Assembly: GCA_945861855.1 (NCBI GenBank)
Contig: CAMAWG010000001.1
Location: 14,985-78,984, forward strand
Reading direction: 5' to 3'
Source: Rhodoplanes serenus
GTDB taxonomy: Bacteria > Pseudomonadota > Alphaproteobacteria > Rhizobiales > Xanthobacteraceae
Length of the DNA stretch: 64,000 bases
Shown piece by piece: positions 34,181 to 43,576 of the stretch. A program made the position numbers and the translations under genes. The stretch's first letter is position 1. Every line of letters begins with the position of its first letter. The notes beneath the pieces were generated by a model. That model saw only the letters and a list, made by a program, of their open reading frames with translations, made no database searches and had not been told where the DNA came from.

Positions 34181-35515
34181 ATGATGAAGCTTGGCCTTTT
34201 CCTCTACGGGACCGGGCACCACATCTCGTCCTGGCGCGACCCGGGCGTCACGCCGAACGCCAACCAGAGCCTGCGCCACTACATCGAGATCACGCAGATC
34301 GCCGAGCGGGCGCTGTTCGATTTCGTGTTCAACGCTGATAGCAACTCGACCTTCGGCCCAGACGATCCCGATATCTGGAAGCGCACGACGGTGTCGATGC
34401 GGCTGGAGCCCCTGACACTGCTCGGCGCCCTGTCGGCGGTGACGAGCCATATCGGGCTGATCTCGACGGCGACCACCACCTATCTCGACCCGTTCCATGT
34501 GGCGCGGATGTTCGCGACGCTCGACCAGTTGAGCCAGGGCCGCGCCGGGTGGAACGTGGTGACCTCGTCGGCCGCGTCGGAGGCGCTGAACTTCAGCCAC
34601 GCCGCGCATGCGCCGCACGACCAGCGCTACGAACGGGCGGCGGAGTTCATCGAAGTCGCGCAGGGTCTGTGGGACACCTGGGAGGACGACGCTTACGTCA
34701 TGGACAAGGCCGAAGGCTTGTTCTTCGACCCGGCCAAGCTCCACATGCTGCATCACAGGGGCAAGCATTTCTCGGTGCGCGGGCCGTTGATGGTGCCGCG
34801 CTCGCCGCAGGGCCAGCCGGTGATCGTGCAGGCCGGCCAGTCGGACGCGGGCCGCGAGCTTGCGGCGCGGACCGCCGAGGTCCTGTTCACGGTGCAGCAG
34901 AAGATCGAGGTGGCGCGCGAGTTCAACGCCGACCTGAAGGCTCGCGTGGTCAAGGCCGGGCGCTCGCCGGATTCGATCAAGATCATGCCGGGCGTGCTGA
35001 CCGTGGTGGGCCGAACCAGGCAGGAGGCCGAGGACAAGTTTCAGCGGCTGCAGGCGCTGATCCATCCCGAGCTCGGCGTCGCCATGCTGTCGGACATCGT
35101 CGGCATGGACCTGTCGAAGTTCCCGCTCGACGGGCCGGTGCCCGAGGTGCCACTGACCAACACCCAGCAGGGCCGCCAGAAGGTGGTGATGGACATGGCG
35201 CGGAGCGAGGGGCTGACGATTCGCCAGCTCTACATGCGGGTGGCGACCGCGCGGGGCCATCGCGTGGCGCTGGGCACGGCGGCCGACATCGCCGATGCGC
35301 TGGAGGAGTGGTATCGCGGCGGCGCCGCCGACGGCTTCAACATCATGCCGCAGGTTCTGCCCGCGGGCCTGACCGAATTCGTCGAGCAGGTGGTGCCGGA
35401 GCTGCAGCGCCGTGGCCTGTTCCGCACGCGCTACGAGGGTCGGACCCTGCGCGAAAATCTCGGGCTGCCACGCCCGCCCAACCGGTACTCCGCGCGGCCC
35501 GCCGCGGCGGAATGA
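34181..35515 (+). CDS. NtaA/SnaA/DszA-family luciferase-like flavin monooxygenase
   Basis: RLEPLTLL, ARMFATLDQLSQGRAGWNVVTS, SPQGQPVIVQAGQS, PELQRRGLFR, TLRENLG. Confidence 0.9.
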   Translation: MMKLGLFLYGTGHHISSWRDPGVTPNANQSLRHYIEITQIAERALFDFVFNADSNSTFGPDDPDIWKRTTVSMRLEPLTLLGALSAVTSHIGLISTATTTYLDPFHVARMFATLDQLSQGRAGWNVVTSSAASEALNFSHAAHAPHDQRYERAAEFIEVAQGLWDTWEDDAYVMDKAEGLFFDPAKLHMLHHRGKHFSVRGPLMVPRSPQGQPVIVQAGQSDAGRELAARTAEVLFTVQQKIEVAREFNADLKARVVKAGRSPDSIKIMPGVLTVVGRTRQEAEDKFQRLQALIHPELGVAMLSDIVGMDLSKFPLDGPVPEVPLTNTQQGRQKVVMDMARSEGLTIRQLYMRVATARGHRVALGTAADIADALEEWYRGGAADGFNIMPQVLPAGLTEFVEQVVPELQRRGLFRTRYEGRTLRENLGLPRPPNRYSARPAAAE

Positions 35516-35542
35516 CGTGGAGCGGCGTTGCGCAAAAACGAA

Positions 35543-35567
35543 ACGGGGCAGCCGGTGGCTGCCCCGT
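35543..35567 (-). terminator. Intrinsic terminator between convergent genes
   Basis: ACGGGGCAGCC-ggt-GGCTGCCCCGT hairpin followed on the minus strand by TTCGTTTTT. Confidence 0.65.
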
Positions 35568-35592
35568 CGTCGTTCAAACCGTTCGTTGAAGC

Positions 35593-36837
35593 TCAGGCCG
35601 CCGCGGTGAGATTGCCGAACTTCTGCAGGTTAGCCTTCTGCTTCTCGTTGCGCGGCGGCAGCTTGAACAGGCGCGCCGCGGTGCCGCCGAGGATGTTGTG
35701 CTTGGCCTTCTCCGTGAGGAACGGCAGGTCCGAGATCGTGCTCGGCAGGTCGAAGTCCCAATGCGGATAGTCCGAGGAGTACATGAGCTGCGTCTCCGCG
35801 TTGATCATGCGGAACGTGCACTCCAGCGCCTGCATGTCCTGGATCTCCATCGGCTGCGTCGAGTAGTACATGTCGCGCATATACTCGCTCGGCTTCTTCT
35901 TGAGCAGCGGAGCCTCCGACGGCCGCAGCATGTACTCGTGGTCGAGCTTCTGCATCAGGAACGGCACCCAGGCGAGGCCGGACTCGATCCAGACCACCGG
36001 CAGCTTGGGGAAGCGCTCGCCCATGCCGTTGATGACCCAGTTGGTGCAGTGGAGGATGTTGTACCAGCTAAAGCCCAGCGCGTGGACCGACAGGAAGCGG
36101 TTGCAGGTCTTGAAGATCGGCTCGGCCCAGTTCGGGCCGGAGTGGAACGACAGCACCAGGCCGCGCTCCTCGATCGCCCGGTACACCTTCATGTACTGAT
36201 TTTCCTGCACGCCGGTGTTGCGCACGGTGGTGACCATGAAGCCGCCGACATGCTTGCGGCCGCCGAACGTCTCGACCTGGCGCAGCGCCTCGTCGGCGTC
36301 GTTGAACGGCAAGCAGAGCATCGAGAAGAACCGGTTCTCCGCGTTCGGCATCACCTCTTCGGTGAGCCAGCGGTTGTAGGCCCAGCAAAGCTCGACCTCC
36401 ATCTCCTTCTGCGGGTGCATGCCGATGTTGAGCATGCCGGTCGGGAACAGGCAGGAGTAGTCGACGCTCATCGCGTCCATCCAGCGGTGGCCGAGCTGCA
36501 CGTCGCGCAGGTGGCCCTTCTCGTCGGTCTTCTCGCTGCCGCGCATCGGATAGCGCGTGACGCGGCCGCCCATGTCCTGGTAGCCGACGTTCTGGGGCAT
36601 GATGCCGCCGCGGCTCTTGGCGATGCTCTGCATCGTGAGCTGCTTGAGCACGTCGTTCTCCATGTACGGAATGAACTCCTTGAAGTTCTCATTCTCGTAA
36701 TGGTGGGCATCGACGTCGACGATCAGCATGTCGTCGAGCTTGCGCTGCACCGCCTGCTTGCGGGCGTGCGCCAGCAAACGGCTGGTGTTCAACTCTTCGA
36801 CTGTTACGCGCCGGCCGCGATCTGCAATGAGGTCCAT
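35593..36837 (-). CDS. Amidohydrolase_2 protein, candidate amidohydrolase-related dinuclear oxygenase
   Basis: DVDAHH, SFHSG, WIESG, YSSDYPHWDFD; co-oriented with a Rieske gene; AGGAG RBS before ATG 36837. Confidence 0.8.
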   Translation of the reverse strand: MDLIADRGRRVTVEELNTSRLLAHARKQAVQRKLDDMLIVDVDAHHYENENFKEFIPYMENDVLKQLTMQSIAKSRGGIMPQNVGYQDMGGRVTRYPMRGSEKTDEKGHLRDVQLGHRWMDAMSVDYSCLFPTGMLNIGMHPQKEMEVELCWAYNRWLTEEVMPNAENRFFSMLCLPFNDADEALRQVETFGGRKHVGGFMVTTVRNTGVQENQYMKVYRAIEERGLVLSFHSGPNWAEPIFKTCNRFLSVHALGFSWYNILHCTNWVINGMGERFPKLPVVWIESGLAWVPFLMQKLDHEYMLRPSEAPLLKKKPSEYMRDMYYSTQPMEIQDMQALECTFRMINAETQLMYSSDYPHWDFDLPSTISDLPFLTEKAKHNILGGTAARLFKLPPRNEKQKANLQKFGNLTAAA

Positions 36838-36887
36838 GGGGTCTTCTCCTGACAGTCCAATTGATTTCGTTCGTGCCGGGCGCCGTG

Positions 36888-37262
36888 TCAGCGCCCCGTC
36901 CAGCTTTGCCACATTCCAAGTTCGAACACCGCGAGATTGGCGGCGCGCAACAATCCGCTCGCCGTCACCATGACGCCGGTCGGACTGACAACCTGTCCTT
37001 CCGCGATCGGCGTGAATTTCGCGCCGTTCTCGACCTGCGCCGCATAGACCCGGCACAGGGCGCCCATCAGCGCCTGCATCGCCTCGACCGAAATCGCGTC
37101 GTCGCTCTTGGCGAAGGCGCGCTCGATCTGGTCCGCAAGCTTGATCGCGTCGGCAGACAGCTCGTTGTTCGCCACCACCTTCGGTTTGGCGACGATGATC
37201 TTCGGCTTGGCGCTTGCGGCGGGCCGGCGGCTTTTCGCCGCCGCGCCCTTAGGCGACGACAT
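36888..37262 (-). CDS. Hypothetical protein in the Rieske-amidohydrolase operon
   Basis: 124 aa, host-like codon bias, overlaps the Rieske stop; C-terminus LAVFELGMWQSW. Confidence 0.7.
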   Translation of the reverse strand: MSSPKGAAAKSRRPAASAKPKIIVAKPKVVANNELSADAIKLADQIERAFAKSDDAISVEAMQALMGALCRVYAAQVENGAKFTPIAEGQVVSPTGVMVTASGLLRAANLAVFELGMWQSWTGR

Positions 37263-37614
37263 AGACCTCGTCCCCTTTTTCCAGCACCTGGTATTTCTTC
37301 AGCTTCATCTTCCGGTCGGAGACGCACTCCCCGGTCTTCATGTCGTATTCCATGCCGTGCCACGGGCAGACGAAGTGCATCTCGGTCTCGGAGAAGTAGA
37401 GCCCTTGCGAGGTCTTGTCCGGCCGCAGACGCTCCTCGACCTTGGCGATGGTCAGGCCCTCGCAGGCGGGGCCACCTTGGTGCAGGCAGAAATTGCTGTA
37501 GGCGTAATACCGTCCCTCATGCCGGAACACGCCGATCTCGTGATCGCCAACGAACACGATCCGGCGGTCGCCATCGGTCATTTCGGAAGCCTTCGCGACG
37601 AACTTTTCGGCCAT
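37249..37614 (-). CDS. Rieske [2Fe-2S] ferredoxin
   Basis: NFCLHQGGP...VCPWHGMEYD, with a long inter-motif insert. Confidence 0.9.
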   Translation of the reverse strand: MAEKFVAKASEMTDGDRRIVFVGDHEIGVFRHEGRYYAYSNFCLHQGGPACEGLTIAKVEERLRPDKTSQGLYFSETEMHFVCPWHGMEYDMKTGECVSDRKMKLKKYQVLEKGDEVYVVA

Positions 37615-37880
37615 GCGATTCTGTACCCTTTTGCGGCCGGCCGGCGGCCCGGCGGCCATCTTCCTCACCCAGCATGATAGACCGATTTTTAGACCGGTTC
37701 TTGGCTGGAATTTGCTCCCTCTCCGTTGCGAAAGCAACCGGCGTGGGTGCCGGGGGAGGGATGCAAAAGGCGTCGCCGTTGCACCCCGCCTGCTGTAGGA
37801 TTTTGCGGTAAACTGCCGACTCGGAGCCGGTGGAACCCTGGCCCTCGCCGCCACCGCGCCGCACCCTTCGGAGACCGACC

Positions 37881-38822
37881 ATGACCCACGCACGAATCGA
37901 CGGCCTGCGCAGCATCGAGCTGGGCGTGCACGACCTGCAAAAGTCTGCTGAGTTCTATCGCCGGGTCTGGGCGCTCGAGGACGTCGCCGCCGAGGGCGAC
38001 ACCATCCACATGCGCGGCACCGGCCGCGAGCATCACGTCATCACCTTGCGGGAACGGCCGCGGGCCGGGCTGCTCGGGGTGCACTTCTCGGCGCCCGACC
38101 GCGCCACGGTCGATGCGCTGCATGCCCAGGCCAAGGCCATGGGCGCCAAGGTCGGCGATGCGCCGGGGGCGCTGGAGAAGAGCGCCGGCGGCGGCTACGG
38201 CTTCCGCGTCGGCACGCCGGAGGGCCATCCGCTCTCGATCTCGTCGGGCCTCGAGCAGCACGGCGAAGCCATCGACGACCGCTCGCGGCCGACCAAGCTC
38301 ACCCATGTCGTGCTCAACAGCGCCGAGGTGGAACAGCAGACGAAGTTCTTCCTCGACGTGCTCGGCTTCAAGTGGAGCGACTCGACCTTCCTGATGGATT
38401 TCGTGCGCTGCTGCTCCGACCATCACAGCGTCGCCTTCGCGCGCGGCAACGGGCCGTCGCTCAACCACATGGCCTACGAGATGCCGAGCATCGACGGCCT
38501 GATGAGCGGCGCCGGCCGGGTGCGCAAGAGCGGCTACGAGATCATGTGGGGCGTCGGCAAACACGGCCCCGGCAGCAACGTGTTCTCCTATTTCGTCGAG
38601 CCGAACGGCTTCGTCACCGAATACACCACCGAGGTCGAGCAGGTGGACGACACCTACGTCCCGCACGATGCGAAATACTGGAAAGAGCTGAACGTCTTCC
38701 CGTGCCGCTGGAACATGGCAAACGCGCCGTCGGAATTCGCGCGCAAGGCGATGTCGGGCGAGTTGTACGAGGAAGAGAACCAGCGCTGCGAACAGGTGAT
38801 GGCCAAGGCGCTCGGGCGCTGA
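37881..38822 (+). CDS. Two-domain VOC protein, class I extradiol dioxygenase-like
   Basis: LTHVVL, DHHSVAF, LNHMAYE, GKHGPG, YFVEPNGFVTEY (2-His-1-Glu triad). Confidence 0.8.
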   Translation: MTHARIDGLRSIELGVHDLQKSAEFYRRVWALEDVAAEGDTIHMRGTGREHHVITLRERPRAGLLGVHFSAPDRATVDALHAQAKAMGAKVGDAPGALEKSAGGGYGFRVGTPEGHPLSISSGLEQHGEAIDDRSRPTKLTHVVLNSAEVEQQTKFFLDVLGFKWSDSTFLMDFVRCCSDHHSVAFARGNGPSLNHMAYEMPSIDGLMSGAGRVRKSGYEIMWGVGKHGPGSNVFSYFVEPNGFVTEYTTEVEQVDDTYVPHDAKYWKELNVFPCRWNMANAPSEFARKAMSGELYEEENQRCEQVMAKALGR

Positions 38823-38844
38823 GCGCCGGCCCGGATCGCAGCGA

Positions 38845-39819
38845 ATGCCCGCCGGGATTCTGCGCGCCGCAGTTCACGCCTCATGCGTGCTGGGCGTCGT
38901 AGCCTCAGTCCCTGCGCAGGCGCAGACCTATCCGTCGCGCACGGTCGAGATCGTCGTGCCGTTCGCGGCCGGCGGCGGCAACGATCTGCTCGCCCGCATG
39001 ATCGGCGAGGGCCTGGGCAAGCGGCTCGGCCAATCGTTCGTGCCGCTCAATCGCCCGGGCGCCAACACCAACACCGGCACGCTCCAGGTGGTGAAGTCGG
39101 CGCCGGACGGCTACACGCTGCTGATCAGCAGCGTCGGCCTCGCCGCCAATCCACTGCTGTACAAGCGGCTGCCGTTCGATACGCTCCGTGATCTCGCGCC
39201 GATCACGCTGATCGCCAGTTCGCCAACCATCCTGGTCGTGCCGCCGGCGCTGCCGGCGAACACGCTGGCCGAGTTCGTCGCCTATCTGAAGGCACGGCCG
39301 GGCGAACTCAACTACGCCTCCTACGGCGTGGGTTCGAGCCCGCACCTTTCGACCGAGTTGTTCCTGTCCATGACCGGCACCAGAGCGGTGCATGTGCCCT
39401 ATTCCGGCGGCGGCCCGGCGGCGGTCGGCGTCATGGGCAACAACGTGCAGATGCTGTTGTCCAGCGTCCTGCCGGTGTTGGGGCTCATCCGCGGCGGCCA
39501 GCTCAAGCCGATCGCCATCGCCTCGAACGTGCGGTCGCCGCTTCTGCCTGACGTGCCGACGTTTTCCGAAGGCGGCGTGGATTATCGCTTCAGCACCTGG
39601 TTCGGGCTGCTGGCGCCAGCCCAGACGCCGGACGGAATCGTCGCGATGCTGCATCGGCACACCGTGGACACGCTCCGGGAGCCGGCGGTGCAGGCGCGCA
39701 TCGCGGAGCAGGGCGCCGAGGTCGTCGCCGGCACGCCCGCCGAATTCCGCGCCTTCATCAAGGACGAGATGGATCGGTTTGCGGTGGTGATTCGCGACGC
39801 CAAGATGCAGTTGGATTGA
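38845..39819 (+). CDS. Bug/TctC tripartite tricarboxylate transporter substrate-binding protein
   Basis: YPSRTVEIVVPFAAGGGND, PDGYTLL, HVPYSGG, PDVPTF. Confidence 0.9.
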   Translation: MPAGILRAAVHASCVLGVVASVPAQAQTYPSRTVEIVVPFAAGGGNDLLARMIGEGLGKRLGQSFVPLNRPGANTNTGTLQVVKSAPDGYTLLISSVGLAANPLLYKRLPFDTLRDLAPITLIASSPTILVVPPALPANTLAEFVAYLKARPGELNYASYGVGSSPHLSTELFLSMTGTRAVHVPYSGGGPAAVGVMGNNVQMLLSSVLPVLGLIRGGQLKPIAIASNVRSPLLPDVPTFSEGGVDYRFSTWFGLLAPAQTPDGIVAMLHRHTVDTLREPAVQARIAEQGAEVVAGTPAEFRAFIKDEMDRFAVVIRDAKMQLD

Positions 39820-39831
39820 GGGGACACGCTC

Positions 39832-40560
39832 ATGGCAGACAAGAAACTCACCGGCCGGATCGCCGCCGACCGCATCCGGATGCAGTCCACGCCGAAGCCG
39901 CCGAACGGCGCGGTCGAGCGCTTTCTCGCGCTCGGCGAATGCACGAGCCTCATCTCCGACGTGATGGATGAGCTCGGCGTGCCGGAAGGCGTGATCGGCG
40001 CCTCGGTGCTCAAGCCGACGCTGCCGGGCAAGCTGATCGCTGGCCCCGCGCTCACCGTCCGCAACATCACCCGCCGGGTCGATCCGTTCGTGGCGGCGGA
40101 GAAGAATCTCAACGGCATGGCGGAGTTCGAGGCGCACAACCTCGCGGAGGATGGCGACGTCCTGGTGATCTCCGGCGTCTCGGGCGTGTCGAACATGGGC
40201 GGCATCTCGTCGTTCACCGGGCAGCGCCAGGGCGAGCGCGGCGCCATCGTCATGGGCGGCGTCCGCGACGTGCGGCATTCGCGGTCGATCGACTATCCGA
40301 TCTGGGCGAGCGAAATCACGCCGCTCACCGGAAAGTGGCGGCTCGAAACCGTCGAGATCAACGGCGAGATCCAGATGGGCGAGGTGCGCGTCAATCCCGG
40401 CGATCTGGTGGTGGCCGACGACACCGGCGTGGTGTTCATCCCGCGCGCCTCCATCATGGCGGTGCTGGAGCTGTGTGAGAAGAAGAAGCAGGCCGAGGAC
40501 ACCCGCGTCGACGCGATCTCCAAGGGCGTTCCGGTGCCGGTGTTCTACGCCAAGGGATAG
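39832..40560 (+). CDS. RraA / HMG-CHA aldolase family protein
   Basis: ISDVMD, GPALTV, NMGG, GGVRD, VNPGDLVVADDTGVVFIP. Confidence 0.85.
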   Translation: MADKKLTGRIAADRIRMQSTPKPPNGAVERFLALGECTSLISDVMDELGVPEGVIGASVLKPTLPGKLIAGPALTVRNITRRVDPFVAAEKNLNGMAEFEAHNLAEDGDVLVISGVSGVSNMGGISSFTGQRQGERGAIVMGGVRDVRHSRSIDYPIWASEITPLTGKWRLETVEINGEIQMGEVRVNPGDLVVADDTGVVFIPRASIMAVLELCEKKKQAEDTRVDAISKGVPVPVFYAKG

Positions 40561-40576
40561 AGGCAGGCCGCCGCAT

Positions 40577-41389
40577 TCATTGCGGCGGGGCTTCGTCCGC
40601 CCAGACGGTGAAGCCCGACAACACACCGGGGCCGAAGTTGTGGGTCAGCGGCACGTCGGCGGCGTCGCGGCCGTTGGCGATGAGGATGCGTCCGATCAGC
40701 GGGATGTTGTTGCGCGGATCGAACACGTGCCAGCGGCCGCCCAGATAGACCTCCATCCACGCCGCGAAATCCATCGTTCCGTAGGGCGGCGGCAGGCCGA
40801 TGTCGGTGACATAGCCGGTGCAATAGCGCGCCGGAATGTTCAGGCACCGGCAGAACGTGACGGCGAGATGGGTGTAGTCGCGGCAGACCCCGCGGCGCTC
40901 GGCATAGGCTTCGGCCGCGGTCCGGGTGGCCCGGGAGTGCTCGTAGCCGAAGGTGATGTGGCTGTGGACGAAGTCGCAGATCGCCTGCACCCGCGCCCAG
41001 CCCAGCGGCGTGTGCCCAAAGAGGCGCCAGGCGTCGTCGGACAGGCGGTCGGTCTCGCAGTACCGGCTGCCCAGCAGGAACAGGATGACCTCCGCCGGCA
41101 GGTCCTGAACCTGGTGCTGCAGGGCGTTGAGGTCGGGCGGCGGCGGCGTGCCGGGGTCGCGGACCACGGCGTCGGTGCCGAGGGTGAGATGGCCGGCGGG
41201 CGCGGTGAGGCGGTTGCACCAGTTGCCGAAGCTGTCGCGATAGCCGCCGATGGGAACCGAAGGGTTGGAGGTCAGAAAATCCGGTCGTTCAAGGTCGGAA
41301 AAGCGCGAGAAATGCACGTTCAGCATCACGATCATCGGCGTCGGCCGCGGAAAATCGAAGCCGAGCTGGCAGCCGACGCGGATACGCAT
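40577..41389 (-). CDS. Transglutaminase-like family protein
   Basis: YRDSFGN, SRYCETD, GVCRDYTH, IPARYCTGY, GRDAAD. Confidence 0.9.
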   Translation of the reverse strand: MRIRVGCQLGFDFPRPTPMIVMLNVHFSRFSDLERPDFLTSNPSVPIGGYRDSFGNWCNRLTAPAGHLTLGTDAVVRDPGTPPPPDLNALQHQVQDLPAEVILFLLGSRYCETDRLSDDAWRLFGHTPLGWARVQAICDFVHSHITFGYEHSRATRTAAEAYAERRGVCRDYTHLAVTFCRCLNIPARYCTGYVTDIGLPPPYGTMDFAAWMEVYLGGRWHVFDPRNNIPLIGRILIANGRDAADVPLTHNFGPGVLSGFTVWADEAPPQ

Positions 41390-41501
41390 GGAATCTCCAT
41401 TTCGGGATCGGCCGCGCGCCGAACATCGGCATGTGGGCAGACGCTTTGTTGTCTGCGCGCGATCCGCTTGTCCGGATCGCGTGTTGTCGCTAGTTGGGAC
41501 G

Positions 41502-42377
41502 TCAACCGACGGCCTCTTCGGCCACCAGATCGGACGTCTTGAACTTGGCGTCGTTGGTGCCGCGTTCGGCGACGCTTGAGCCGAACAGCAGGCCTTCCTT
41601 CACCTTCGGCAGTGTCCTCGCAACATCGGTGATGACAAGGCCGTGAGTCGGGCAGACGGTTTTCACGCCGAGCCTGTCCATCAGAAGGTCGAGCCGGTCG
41701 CAGTAGTTCCGCATGTCGGCCCACTTGGTCCACCACAGCGCCAGATCGGCGAACACGGCGGTGGTGTCTTGCAGATCGAGCGAGGCGGCCTCCTCGGCGA
41801 CGAGGCCGCAGTGGCCGTCCTCGTGATAGTGGCTGTAGGCGAAGCCGTCGCCGGGGAACAGCACGCGCTCGCGTGTCTCGAAGCCCCACCAGGTGGAGCG
41901 CATGTCGCGGATCACCGGCTCGACGGCGCGGAAGCCGCGGCCGCCGAGGTCGATCTCGTCGCCCTCCTTCATCGAGCGCATGCGGTGCTCGTATTGCGGG
42001 AAGGCCAAGTGATAGTCGCTGACGTCGCCGCAGAGGATCGCCTCCGGATAGCGCGACAGCACGCGGCCGAGCCCGCCGCAATGCGGAGTCTCTTGATGCG
42101 TGACGAAGAGATATTTCAGCGGCGGCTTGCCGGGCAGGAGCTTGTTGAGCTGGCCCTCGATGATCGGGAAGTCCTTCGGGTGGCCGGTCTCGATCAGCAT
42201 CGATGCGGTTTCGCCGACGATCAGGAAGCAGGCGTTGCAGCCGTGATAGATCTTGCCCTGCTGGTGCTGCTCCAGGCATTCGCCGAGCCAGAAGATGCCG
42301 GGCGCGACCTCGCGCGGCAGCGGGTTGGGGCGGTTGAGGGTGGATTGCACCGGACGGTCGGGCGCGGCTTGGGCCAT
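41502..42377 (-). CDS. MBL-fold protein, flavodiiron/ODP N-domain-like
   Basis: LIETG, THQETPHCGG, LFPGDGF, CPTHG. Confidence 0.7.
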   Translation of the reverse strand: MAQAAPDRPVQSTLNRPNPLPREVAPGIFWLGECLEQHQQGKIYHGCNACFLIVGETASMLIETGHPKDFPIIEGQLNKLLPGKPPLKYLFVTHQETPHCGGLGRVLSRYPEAILCGDVSDYHLAFPQYEHRMRSMKEGDEIDLGGRGFRAVEPVIRDMRSTWWGFETRERVLFPGDGFAYSHYHEDGHCGLVAEEAASLDLQDTTAVFADLALWWTKWADMRNYCDRLDLLMDRLGVKTVCPTHGLVITDVARTLPKVKEGLLFGSSVAERGTNDAKFKTSDLVAEEAVG

Positions 42378-42382
42378 TCTTG

Positions 42383-43267
42383 TTACCTTTCCTCATCGCG
42401 GCCGACGTAGCGCGACTTGGCGACCGACTTGTCCAGCGATTTGAGCACGTCATCGACGAGCTTCATGTGCTTCTCGACCGTCTTCTTGCCGCGCAGGATG
42501 CAGCCGTAGCCCGGCGCGATCGTTTCGATGTCGTGCTTGCTGAGAATCTTGTCCATGCCGCGCCGCAGCTTCGCGGTGTCGACTCCCTCCAGCCACCAGT
42601 AGCGGGTGTTGAGCAGGAACGAGCGGACGTGATCGAAGTCGGTCGGATCGTCGTCGCCGTCCTGGATGATCCAGGGGTCGTCCGGCCGGTCGCGCCAGGT
42701 GTGCGTGAACATGTCGGAGGTGAACAGCGTCTTGGTCGCCTCGTCGTAGATCCAGCGCGTCGCGATCAGGCGGATCGGCGCCTGATAGACGACGACGGGA
42801 CGGCCGAGATCGCCGATCGGGATCGTCTCCTCGCGGCCGATGGTGGTGATCTTGAGCTTGTCGAGCGTGTTCTGGCCTGAGTCGGAGCCCGCGCCGAAAT
42901 CGAACCAGAATGCGGCGTCGGGATTGCCGGTAAAGCATTCCTTGACGTTGAAGTAGAGCGTGAACGGATCGATGTTCTGGATCGACATGAATTCGTTCAG
43001 CCGCAACGGCAGCAGCGAGAGCGGCAGCTTCCGGGTGATCAGCGATTCGATCTGCGCGCGGAGCTTCGCCTCGTCGCCGCCGAAGCCGGTGTCGATCAGC
43101 CATGCGGCGTCGGGCTGCCTGAGCAGGTAGCAGTTCGTGACCGAATAGCCGGTGGCGCTGGCCGGATAGGAGCTGACCCGTCCGTCGAGCAGCATGGTGT
43201 TCTGCAATGCAAAGAGCTTGTCGGCGGCCAGCTCTTTGATGGCGTCGCTTTTGGTGCGGTCGAGCAC
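42383..43267 (-). CDS. Degenerate MBL-fold protein, apparent paralog of the downstream gene
   Basis: NCYLL, LIDTG, TLFTSDMF, IAPGYG; the HxHxDH region reads LRLNEFMS. Confidence 0.6.
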   Translation of the reverse strand: MLDRTKSDAIKELAADKLFALQNTMLLDGRVSSYPASATGYSVTNCYLLRQPDAAWLIDTGFGGDEAKLRAQIESLITRKLPLSLLPLRLNEFMSIQNIDPFTLYFNVKECFTGNPDAAFWFDFGAGSDSGQNTLDKLKITTIGREETIPIGDLGRPVVVYQAPIRLIATRWIYDEATKTLFTSDMFTHTWRDRPDDPWIIQDGDDDPTDFDHVRSFLLNTRYWWLEGVDTAKLRRGMDKILSKHDIETIAPGYGCILRGKKTVEKHMKLVDDVLKSLDKSVAKSRYVGRDEER

Positions 43268-43363
43268 GACAGGTCCCTTTGTAATATACGGCCGAGCCGA
43301 TCAACGGGGCAGTTCTATCAGGAAACGATTCAAGGTGCCATCCGAGCGCGGTCGCGCGATCGC

Positions 43364-43565
43364 CTACGTTCCGACCTTGATGTTGTTGTCGCGGATGATC
43401 TTCGCCCAGAACGGAAGCTCCTCGACGATCATCTGGCGCAGCTCATCTGTCGCCAGCGGCACCTCGACCCGGAACTTGTTGACCAGGGTGTTGTGGTTGG
43501 TCTGGGCGCCGCGCGGCGACCGGAGCCAGAATCCCGGCGGCGATGATCGAGCGCCTGGTCAGCAC
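43364..43565 (-). pseudogene. Internally deleted Bug/TctC gene remnant
   Basis: GGAGG-GTG gives MLTRRSIIAAGILAPVAAR (signal peptide), then a frameshift into ...ELRQMIVEELPFWAKIIRDNNIKVGT*, a typical TctC C-terminus. Confidence 0.65.
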
Positions 43566-43576
43566 CTGCGGCCTCC

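Noticed and set aside
37700-37716. Sigma-54 promoter TGGCTGGAATTTGC
   Set aside because: The GG-to-GC spacing is 9 nt instead of the required 10.
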